Source: Candidatus Saccharimonadota bacterium
Lineage (GTDB): Bacteria; Pseudomonadota; Gammaproteobacteria; Enterobacterales; Enterobacteriaceae
Length of the DNA: 32,000 nt
Reading direction: 5' to 3'
Assembly: GCA_049942775.1 (NCBI GenBank)
Contig: CP188087.1
Location: forward strand, 150,001-182,000
Shown here: one piece after another, positions 20,803-27,721 of the stretch
Layout: every line of letters starts with the position of its first letter
Position numbering within the stretch: the stretch's first letter is position 1
Translations under genes and position numbers: made by a program
Notes under the pieces: model-generated
Database searches by the model: none
Told to the model about the DNA's origin: nothing
The model's input: the letters and a program-made list of their open reading frames with translations, nothing else

Positions 20803-20917
20803 TTATTTATATTAAATAATAAGAATTTTATTTTTTAGTTTTTTTGTCTTTATTTAAAAATAATTAAGAGGATTTTTTTTCTTTCTAAATTAAAATATAA
20901 ATACAATTAGGTCTTTT

Positions 20918-21703
20918 ATGAAAACAGAAGAAAAAATATTAATAGAAAATTTATTTATTCGATTATTAAAAGTAGAACAAAGTTCTTCTAAAAGAGATGA
21001 ATTAGCAGAAAAATTAATTAATTCTTTAATTGAAAAACAAGTAAATGCTCCATATTATTTGATTCAAACTGTTTTAGTACAAGAAACAGTTTTAAAAAAA
21101 CTGAATACAAAAATAAACGAACTAAAAAAAGAAAATAATAGTCTTCAAGAAAAAGTTTTAAAAAAAAATGAAAAACCTAGTTTTTTATCTGGATTATTTA
21201 AACATGGAGAGAATAAGAAAAGTAATTTGAATAGTTCAAAAGAAAAAAATATGTCTTCTAAGAATTATAATAATAGTATTATTTCTCCTAATAGTGATTC
21301 TGTTAGTTCTGTTTCTAGTCCCGGATTATCTAATCCAGTAGTTAATAATAATACTTTTTTAGGTAATGCATTACAAACTGCTGTTGGAGTAGCTGGTGGA
21401 ATGGTAGTTGGTAATATGTTAACTAATATGTTTCAAAATAAGCAACATCCAATAGAAGAAGAAATATTTACATCTGTTAATAATGATAATACTTATATTT
21501 CTAATGTAGATCATAATGATGATGAAAATTTTTCATCTTATGAAGAAGATCACCCAAATAGTGATTTTTTAAATAATCAGGATGATTTTATAAATGAAGC
21601 AGATGAATCATCTTATGATTCTAATTTTTTAAATGATGACTATTCTTCTGAATTAGAAATAAACGATGATAATATTAATTATGATGACGATAACAATGTA
21701 TAA
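20918..21703 (+). CDS. Conserved hypothetical protein, DUF2076-like N-terminus with an acidic Asp/Asn-rich C-terminal tail
   Basis: 261 aa. The N-terminus E.ILIENLF.RL..VE......RD..AE.LI.......NAPYYL.Q.VL.QE..LK.L...I.EL resembles the DUF2076 family as I remember it from Pseudomonas-type proteins. There is a central Gly-rich hydrophobic segment, LQTAVGVAGGMVVGNMLTNMF. The final ~80 aa are D/N/E/S-rich. Same position as an uncharacterised ORF that I recall between gyrA and ahpC in Buchnera. Confidence 0.7.
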   Translation: MKTEEKILIENLFIRLLKVEQSSSKRDELAEKLINSLIEKQVNAPYYLIQTVLVQETVLKKLNTKINELKKENNSLQEKVLKKNEKPSFLSGLFKHGENKKSNLNSSKEKNMSSKNYNNSIISPNSDSVSSVSSPGLSNPVVNNNTFLGNALQTAVGVAGGMVVGNMLTNMFQNKQHPIEEEIFTSVNNDNTYISNVDHNDDENFSSYEEDHPNSDFLNNQDDFINEADESSYDSNFLNDDYSSELEINDDNINYDDDNNV

Positions 21704-21738
21704 TTATTATTTAAAATAATTATTTTTATTTAGTTTTT

Positions 21739-21792
21739 TTCCGTCAATTAAGTTGATTTTTTAATAATTTAAATTAGATTTAATTGACGGAA
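21739..21792. repeat. 13-bp perfect inverted repeat with G/C content (ttccgtcaattaa / ttaattgacggaa, 28-nt loop) between convergent genes; possible terminator or protein-binding site
   Basis: Arms at 21739-21751 and 21780-21792 are exact reverse complements with 4 G/C pairs. A T8 run precedes the left arm on the plus strand. Neither strand has a canonical U-tract directly after the stem. Confidence 0.5.
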
Positions 21793-21816
21793 TAATACAT
21801 TTATTTTGTTGCTAGA

Positions 21817-22440
21817 TTATTTTATTTTTTTTCGTTCATTTGTTTTTATGATTTTTTTTCTAAAATAGTCTTTTATTCCTTTAGAATTTGGTATGATTCC
21901 TGAATCTCCTTGTTTCCAGTTAACAGGACATACTTCTCCATTTTTATTATTAAAATGTATTGCATCTGCAATTCTTAAAATTTCTTTAACGTTTCTACCT
22001 ATTGGTAAATCATTTATAGATTGATGTCTAATAATTTGATTTTCATCTATTATAAAAGTAGCTCTTAAGGAAACTCCCATATCTGTGTGTCTAACATCAT
22101 ATAGTTTTTGTATTTCTCTTTTTATGTCTGAAACCATAAAAAATTGTATTGGTCCAATTCCTCCTTGAGAAATTTCAGTATTTCTCCAAGCATTATGAGT
22201 AAATATTGAATCTATAGATATTCCAATTAATTCTATTTTTCTTTTTTTAAATTCTTTATAAAAAAAATTAAATTCAAGTATTTCTGTAGGGCATACGAAA
22301 GTAAAATCTAAAGGCCAGAAAAATATTACAGCTCCATTTTTGTCAATGTTATCTTCAAGATTAAATGAATTTATTATTTCTCCGTTTTTTGCAATTGCTG
22401 GAGCAACGAAGTTTGGTGCTTTTTGATTTATCAATACCAT
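21817..22440 (-). CDS. ahpC: Typical 2-Cys peroxiredoxin (alkyl hydroperoxide reductase C / TsaA-like)
   Basis: 207 aa. Peroxidatic Cys in FFWPLDFTFVCPTE, resolving Cys in GEVCPVNW, and DLPIGRNV.E typical of Prx1/TsaA-type enzymes. Lys-rich C-terminal extension. AGGAA SD 9 nt upstream. No ahpF is adjacent. Confidence 0.92.
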   Translation of the reverse strand: MVLINQKAPNFVAPAIAKNGEIINSFNLEDNIDKNGAVIFFWPLDFTFVCPTEILEFNFFYKEFKKRKIELIGISIDSIFTHNAWRNTEISQGGIGPIQFFMVSDIKREIQKLYDVRHTDMGVSLRATFIIDENQIIRHQSINDLPIGRNVKEILRIADAIHFNNKNGEVCPVNWKQGDSGIIPNSKGIKDYFRKKIIKTNERKKIK

Positions 22441-22652
22441 TTTTTCTAATTCCTACACTATTGAAATCTAAATATATATTTAAAAGAAAAGAAATTTCTT
22501 CAAAATAATTTTTATTTTCATATAAAATTAATTAATTCTAATTTTTTTAAATAAAAGTATCAACACATTTTTTTTAATTATTATTTTTTTTAAAAAATGT
22601 TTTTATAATAATAAAAAATTAATCTTAATATTATTTTAAAGGTGTTAAAAAA

Positions 22653-23315
22653 ATGAATTTTGTTAATTTATCTTGGAATGATGTTATATCTAAAAAAAAA
22701 GAATTATACGATTTGCTTTTTTTTATTAACAATGAAAGGTTAAAAAAGATAATATATCCACCTAAAGGTAAGGTTTTTCGTGTTTTTTTTGATACTCCAT
22801 TTGAAAAAATTAAAGTAGTTATTTTAGGTCAGGATCCATATTATAATTTAAATCAAGCAAATGGTTTGTGTTTTTCTGTTGATAGAGGAATATTAATTCC
22901 ACCGTCATTAAATAATATTTATAGAGAAATAAAAAATGATATTCCGAACACAACTATTTTAAAAAATAGTGGTTGTTTATCCAAATGGTCTATTCAAGGT
23001 GTTTTTTTGTTAAACTGCATTTTAACTGTTGAAGCAGGAAGACCAGGTTCTCATTCAAAAATAGGTTGGGAAATTTTTACTGATTATATTATCAATTTAA
23101 TCAATTTGTATCATAAAGGGATTGTTTTTTTATTATGGGGAAAATATGCACAAGAAAAAAGAAAAATTATTGATAGAAAAAAACATTACATATTAGAAGC
23201 GCCGCATCCATCTCCTTTATCAGCATATCGAGGTTTTTTTGGATGTCGGCACTTTTCAAAAACCAATAAAATTTTAACTACTCAAGGAAAAAATGAAATT
23301 AATTGGTCGAATTAG
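22653..23315 (+). CDS. ung: Uracil-DNA glycosylase
   Basis: 220 aa. KVVILGQDPY, GL.FSV, PPSL.N.Y.E, GV.LLN..LTV.AG...SH, WE.FTD, VFLLWG..AQ.K and APHPSPLSA.RGFFGC.HF match family-1 UDG. AAAGGTG SD 8 nt upstream. Confidence 0.96.
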   Translation: MNFVNLSWNDVISKKKELYDLLFFINNERLKKIIYPPKGKVFRVFFDTPFEKIKVVILGQDPYYNLNQANGLCFSVDRGILIPPSLNNIYREIKNDIPNTTILKNSGCLSKWSIQGVFLLNCILTVEAGRPGSHSKIGWEIFTDYIINLINLYHKGIVFLLWGKYAQEKRKIIDRKKHYILEAPHPSPLSAYRGFFGCRHFSKTNKILTTQGKNEINWSN

Positions 23316-23336
23316 TCGTTGATTTATAATATTAAT

Positions 23337-24047
23337 TTATATTTTTTTTTTATCGTTTATAGAATTAGAAATTGAAACAATTGATTTTCTTAATATTTTA
23401 TTATTATACATATATCCTTTTTTTAGAATTGATTTAATTTTATATTTGTCGTTTTTATTAGGTTTTAGTTTTTTTTCAGTTTCGTGAAAATTTGGATTAA
23501 AGATTTTTTCTTGTAGTTTAATTGATTTTAAACCAATTGTTGTTAAATTATTTTTTAAATTAAACAATGTTAAAGATATTCCTTCAATAATTTTTTCGTT
23601 TTGTTTAGTTTTATTTTTTTTTAATTTATTTTCAATTTTTTCAAAATTATCAATAATAGGAATTAAATTAATAATAATTTCTTCTTTTTTTTGTTTTTTT
23701 ATTATTTTTATTTTTTCTTTTGTATCTTTTTTTAAATTTTCTATATTTGCTTGAGTTCTTAATTGAATATTAAAATTTTTTTTTTTTAAATTGTTAATTT
23801 CTTTTTTTAAATTAATTTTTGATATTTCAAAAATTTCAGAATTTTTAGATTGATTTTTTTGTTTAATGTTATTATTTTTTTTTTCTATTTTAATTTTATC
23901 ATTTTCTTTAATTTTTGATTTTATAGAATCATTTTTTTTATTTAATTTATAACTGTTATTATTTTTAATGTTTTTTTTTTTTTTTTTTTCTATAATTTTA
24001 TCATTTTTTATATTTTTACTCATATTAAGTATATTATCTTTATTCAT
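23337..24047 (-). CDS. grpE: Nucleotide exchange factor GrpE, with expanded Lys/Asn-rich N-terminal region
   Basis: 236 aa. The C-terminal half aligns with E. coli GrpE (R.QA..EN..K, IEGI.LTL..L......G...I, F.PN.H...., GY....K.LR...V.). Strong AGGAG SD at 24056-24060, 8 nt from the ATG, and a sigma-32-type promoter upstream. Contains A19, A12 and two A10 sense-strand homopolymers. Confidence 0.85.
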   Translation of the reverse strand: MNKDNILNMSKNIKNDKIIEKKKKKNIKNNNSYKLNKKNDSIKSKIKENDKIKIEKKNNNIKQKNQSKNSEIFEISKINLKKEINNLKKKNFNIQLRTQANIENLKKDTKEKIKIIKKQKKEEIIINLIPIIDNFEKIENKLKKNKTKQNEKIIEGISLTLFNLKNNLTTIGLKSIKLQEKIFNPNFHETEKKLKPNKNDKYKIKSILKKGYMYNNKILRKSIVSISNSINDKKKI

Positions 24048-24073
24048 TTAATTTTCTCCTCTTAATATTTTTA

Positions 24074-24102
24074 TTATGGAGAACAACAATTGTTCTTTCA
24101 AG
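24074..24102 (-). promoter_or_regulatory. Candidate sigma-32 (RpoH) heat-shock promoter of grpE
   Basis: The minus strand reads CTTGAAA (24102-24096), a 14-nt spacer, then CTCCATAA (24081-24074). The E. coli sigma-32 consensus is CTTGAAA - 13-15 nt - CCCCATNT. It sits about 27 nt upstream of the grpE ATG, leaving room for the AGGAG SD. Confidence 0.6.
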
Positions 24103-24143
24103 AAAAATTATTATTAGAATTTTAAAATGTAAGGTTTTTGAAT

Positions 24144-25028
24144 ATGAAGAAAATAAAAATTAGTAGTATTGGAATTTTAGGTTGTCCTAGAAATTTAACA
24201 GCATTTTCAATACATGAAATTTTATATAGTTGGCTATTAAAAATAGGATATAAAGTTTTAATTGAAAATTCAATTGTTCCTTATGTTTTTTTAAAAAAAC
24301 CAAATGTAGCAACAATTAAAAAAATTGGTTCTTATTGTGATTTAGCTATAATTATTGGAGGAGATGGAAATATGCTTAGTGCAGCGAGAATTTTATCCCG
24401 TTATTCAATAAAATTGATTGGAATAAATTTAGGAAAATTAGGATTTTTAACAGATTTAAATCAAAATAACATGTTTGAAGAATTATCAAAAATTTTGTCT
24501 GGAGAATATTTTTTAGAAAATAGATTTGTATTAGAAGTTAAAATATATAGAAAGTATTCTTTATTAAAAATGAGTACTGCTGTTAATGAAGTTGTTTTGC
24601 ATTCTGAAAAGGTAGCACATATGATAAATTTTGAAGTGTATGTTGATGAAAAGTTTGCTTTTTCTCAAAGATCAGATGGTTTAATTATATCTACTTTAAC
24701 TGGATCTACCGGTTATTCATTATCAGCTGGAGGTCCTATTCTTGATTCTTCATTAGAAGCTATTCTATTAGTTCCGATGTTTCCTCAAACTCTTTCTTCT
24801 AGACCTATGGTAATAAGTAATAGAAGTTTAGTTTTATTAAAATTTTTAGATGATGATAATAACAATTTCTTAAAGATAAGTTGTGATAGTCAAATTGTTT
24901 TATCTCTAGATCCTAAAGATGTGGTTTTAATTAGTAAGAGTAATAATTTTATTAAATTAATACATCCTAAAAATTATAATTATTTTGATGTTTTAAGTAA
25001 AAAATTACATTGGTCTAAAAAAGTTTAA
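24144..25028 (+). CDS. nadK: NAD kinase
   Basis: Colinear with E. coli NadK: IGI.G.PR...A...HE.LY.WL...GY.V..E, GGDGNML.AAR.L.RY.IK.IGIN.G.LGFLTDL, NEVVLH..KVAHMI.FEVY.DE.FAFSQRSDGLIIST.TGST.YSLSAGGPIL and the HPK.Y.YF..LS.KL.WSKK end. I chose the ATG at 24144 (AAGG 9 nt upstream); the track start at 24138 is a TTG two codons earlier. Confidence 0.93.
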   Translation: MKKIKISSIGILGCPRNLTAFSIHEILYSWLLKIGYKVLIENSIVPYVFLKKPNVATIKKIGSYCDLAIIIGGDGNMLSAARILSRYSIKLIGINLGKLGFLTDLNQNNMFEELSKILSGEYFLENRFVLEVKIYRKYSLLKMSTAVNEVVLHSEKVAHMINFEVYVDEKFAFSQRSDGLIISTLTGSTGYSLSAGGPILDSSLEAILLVPMFPQTLSSRPMVISNRSLVLLKFLDDDNNNFLKISCDSQIVLSLDPKDVVLISKSNNFIKLIHPKNYNYFDVLSKKLHWSKKV

Positions 25029-25151
25029 TTTTTTTAAATTCTTTATGTCGTTAATTTAAACCTCAATAGTTTTTTTACTAAATTTTATTTTGTTTTTTTT
25101 TTAAAATCAATTTACTAAAAAAATTCTAAAATATTTAAAAATAAATAATAT

Positions 25152-25529
25152 TGGAGCTGACGGGAATCGAACCCGTGTCCAAATTACTTTCAACTCTAGT
25201 TCTACATGTTTATTCTGTATGTATTGTTCTTATTATTTTGTACAGAATCAAAAATAATAAGTAATTCTGTTTTTTATATGATGTGTGAATTTACAGAATT
25301 TATTCACAATCATTCTCTTGGATTTATCCTTCTTAAAAGAACTTTTATTTTTTCTAAAAGAGAAATGTTAGAATAAATAAGAAGGGCTATAACTAGTTTT
25401 TTAAGCTGCTAAAGCGTAATTTTTTGTTTTTGCTGCTATTATTTTTTATCGGTTTTTTTACGAGGCCAACCGAATTCCTCGACATGCACTTAAGTTTCCA
25501 GTTAATTTGTCAAATCCAAAAACAGCCCC
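25152..25529 (-). ncRNA. ssrA: tmRNA (transfer-messenger RNA, SsrA)
   Basis: The minus strand begins GGGGCTGTTTTTGGATTTGAC (5' acceptor) and ends GGACACGGGTTCGATTCCCGTCAGCTCCA (T-arm, 3' acceptor, discriminator A). The internal stretch GGTTGGCCTCGTAAAAAAACCGATAAAAAATAATA-GCA GCA AAA ACA AAA AAT TAC GCT TTA GCA GCT TAA (tag reading frame, 25436-25401) aligns with the E. coli ssrA resume region. Predicted tag is AAKTKNYALAA. The 3' CCA is not genomically encoded (ATA follows). Confidence 0.93.
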
Positions 25530-25632
25530 TTTTTAAAATTTTAAATAATTAATACAATTAATAATAACATATTAATCATTATTGAACAATTTCTTATAAT
25601 TTATAATTATTAAAAATTATTTTTACTTTTTG

Positions 25633-25661
25633 TTGTCAAATGCAATTTTTCTATTTATTAT
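25633..25661 (+). promoter_or_regulatory. Possible sigma-70 promoter for grxD (TTGTCA - 17 nt - TATTAT)
   Basis: Hexamer match only: -35-like at 25633-25638, -10-like at 25656-25661, about 36 nt upstream of the grxD ATG. -10-like hexamers are abundant in this AT-rich DNA, so the call is weak. Confidence 0.25.
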
Positions 25662-25696
25662 TATAATCTTTTAATTAATTAATTAAAATTTTTAAA

Positions 25697-26020
25697 ATGA
25701 AAACTATTGAAAAAATTAAATCTCAAATAAAAAATAATCCAATTATTATTTATATGAAAGGAACTCCAGAACATCCTAGTTGTGGTTTTTCTGCACAAGC
25801 TGTAAAGATTTTATCAAGTTTTGGAACAAGATTTGCATATGTTGATGTATTAGAAAATCCAGATATACGAACAGAATTACCAAATTATGCAAATTGGCCT
25901 ACTTTTCCTCAGTTGTGGATTTCTGGAGAGTTAATAGGAGGTTGTAGCATAATAATAGAATTATTTAAAAGTGGAAAATTAAAAGAAATTATAGGTTCTG
26001 TTAAAGAAAATAAAGTTTAA
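25697..26020 (+). CDS. grxD: Monothiol glutaredoxin (Grx4 family)
   Basis: 107 aa. The CGFS active site lies in MKGTPEHPSCGFS. WPTFPQLWI.GEL.GG is typical of GrxD/YdhD. Confidence 0.93.
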   Translation: MKTIEKIKSQIKNNPIIIYMKGTPEHPSCGFSAQAVKILSSFGTRFAYVDVLENPDIRTELPNYANWPTFPQLWISGELIGGCSIIIELFKSGKLKEIIGSVKENKV

Positions 26021-26047
26021 ATAATAATGGTTATTATTAAATAATTG

Positions 26048-26710
26048 TTAATTTTGATTAATTGTCGGCTTATTTTTTTTATTTATAGGCCATCCTCCTA
26101 ATTTTTTCCATTTGTTTACAATATTACAAAATAAATTTGCAGTTTGTAGAGTGTCGTATAAAGCTGAATGAGCTTGATTGGTATCAAAAAATATTCCTGA
26201 AGCTTTACATGCTTTTGCTAAAACAGTTTGACCTACTACTAAACCGCTTAGTGACGCTGTATCGAAAGTTACGAAAGGATGAAACGGATGATTTTTGAAT
26301 CCAGACCTTTTTATAGCGGCCATAGTAAAACTATGATCGAAAGTAGCATTATGAGCTACAATGATTGCTTTTTTGCAATTTTGTTTTTTTATTCCTTTAT
26401 TTATTAAATTAATTATATCTTTAAAAGCTTCTTTTTCACTAACGGCTGATCGAAGTGGGTTAAAAGGATCAATTTTATTAAATTCTAAAGATTCTTTTTT
26501 TATAGAAGATCCAGCAAAAGGAACGATATGAAAATGTAATAAAGACTCTTTTTTAATCCATCCAAGTTCATCCATTTTAAAAGTAACAATAGCAATTTCT
26601 AGTAAAGCATCTGTTTTTGCATTAAATCCAGCAGTTTCTACATCGATTACAACAGGATAAAAATTTCGAAATCTTTTTCTTAAAGTATTGATTTCATTTT
26701 CTTTAAACAT
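26048..26710 (-). CDS. rnt: Ribonuclease T
   Basis: [82 protein letters not shown] is nearly colinear with E. coli RNase T. I chose the ATG at 26710 because [19 protein letters not shown] matches the E. coli N-terminal length. Alternatives are the ATG at 26722 and the TTG at 26743 (track). Confidence 0.93.
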   Translation of the reverse strand: MFKENEINTLRKRFRNFYPVVIDVETAGFNAKTDALLEIAIVTFKMDELGWIKKESLLHFHIVPFAGSSIKKESLEFNKIDPFNPLRSAVSEKEAFKDIINLINKGIKKQNCKKAIIVAHNATFDHSFTMAAIKRSGFKNHPFHPFVTFDTASLSGLVVGQTVLAKACKASGIFFDTNQAHSALYDTLQTANLFCNIVNKWKKLGGWPINKKNKPTINQN

Positions 26711-26753
26711 CTTTAATCTCATTTTTTTATTAAATGTTAACAATTAATTTGAT

Positions 26754-26882
26754 ACAACTTTATTTATTATTTTAAGATTTAAATTTTTTAATTTTTTTAA
26801 AAACCTAACATACTGTTAATAAAATAACAATATTAAAATAATATAAAATTATATAAATATCTTTCAACAACTTTATTTATTA
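26754..26882. repeat. 16-bp perfect direct repeat acaactttatttatta (26754-26769 and 26867-26882) in the rnt / sodA divergent intergenic region
   Basis: Both copies read directly. Their starts are 113 bp apart, and both lie in the same 250-bp spacer (26711-26960). Confidence 0.7.
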
Positions 26883-26960
26883 GTTTAATATTATTAAGTT
26901 CTAAATGGTATTTTTTTAGTATAAAACTGAAAATTTAATTTTTATTAGAAGAGAATTGAC

Positions 26961-27605
26961 ATGAATTATAAACTACCAGAATTGAATTTTTCTTATGATG
27001 CTTTAGAACCTTATTTTGACAAAAAAACAATGATAATTCATCATACAAAGCATCATCAAACATATATTAATAATGCTAATTCCATATTAAAGTCAATAAA
27101 TAATTTTGATTTATCGAATAAATCAATTGAATACGTTTTGTGTAATTTAAATAAAATAGATGATTTAGAACAAAGACAACTATTGAGAAATAATTTAGGA
27201 GGTCATTTTAATCATAGTTTTTTTTGGAAAGGATTATCTTTAGGAACTAATATTTCTAATACTTTTAACAAAGTATTAGAAAAAAATTTTGGTAGTTTTT
27301 CAGAATTCAAACAAAAGTTTCATTCCATTGCTTTATCTAGATTTGGTTCAGGTTGGGTTTGGTTAATAATGGATAACTATGATAAAAAAAAATTATCTAT
27401 TGTTTCTACAGCTAATCAAGATAATCCAATAATGAATACAGATATTTCATCAATAACTTCTGGGATACCTATCATTGGTTTAGATGTTTGGGAACATGCT
27501 TATTATCTGAAATATCAAAATAATCGTTCACATTATATAGAAGCTTTTTGGAATGTTATTAATTGGAACGAAGTTATAAAACGTTTTGAATTACAACTAA
27601 ATTAG
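26961..27605 (+). CDS. sodA: Superoxide dismutase [Mn]
   Basis: 214 aa. LP.L.Y.YDALEP.FD..TM..HHTKHHQTY, GGH.NHS.FW, FGSGW.WL and STANQD.P.M........G.PI.GLDVWEHAYYLK.QN.R..YI..FWNV.NW.E match E. coli MnSOD, including the C-terminal-domain Gln arrangement of Mn-type enzymes. Confidence 0.96.
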   Translation: MNYKLPELNFSYDALEPYFDKKTMIIHHTKHHQTYINNANSILKSINNFDLSNKSIEYVLCNLNKIDDLEQRQLLRNNLGGHFNHSFFWKGLSLGTNISNTFNKVLEKNFGSFSEFKQKFHSIALSRFGSGWVWLIMDNYDKKKLSIVSTANQDNPIMNTDISSITSGIPIIGLDVWEHAYYLKYQNNRSHYIEAFWNVINWNEVIKRFELQLN

Positions 27606-27721
27606 TTTTAGTTTTTTTAATAATTTTTATACAAATCATAAAAATAAAATTATTTTTTTATTTAAAGAAAATTTATTTTTAAACAATTTGAAATTTAAAA
27701 TTTAAAATAAGGAAAACATTT

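Noticed and set aside
22489-22500. The 12-bp perfect palindrome aagaaatttctt in the ahpC/ung divergent spacer, as a regulator site
   Set aside because: It is short and low-complexity, with only two G/C positions, and matches no bacterial operator consensus I can name. It is likely a chance occurrence.
25029-25151. A possible remnant of bamE/smpA or smpB in the spacers flanking ssrA
   Set aside because: No ORF or translated similarity is visible in any frame. The spacers (123 bp and 167 bp) are low-complexity A/T sequence.
26020-26038. An 8-bp all-A/T hairpin (aataataa-tgg-ttattatt) between convergent grxD and rnt as a terminator
   Set aside because: The stem is pure A/T with a 3-nt loop. 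It would be thermodynamically very weak and is expected by chance in this composition.
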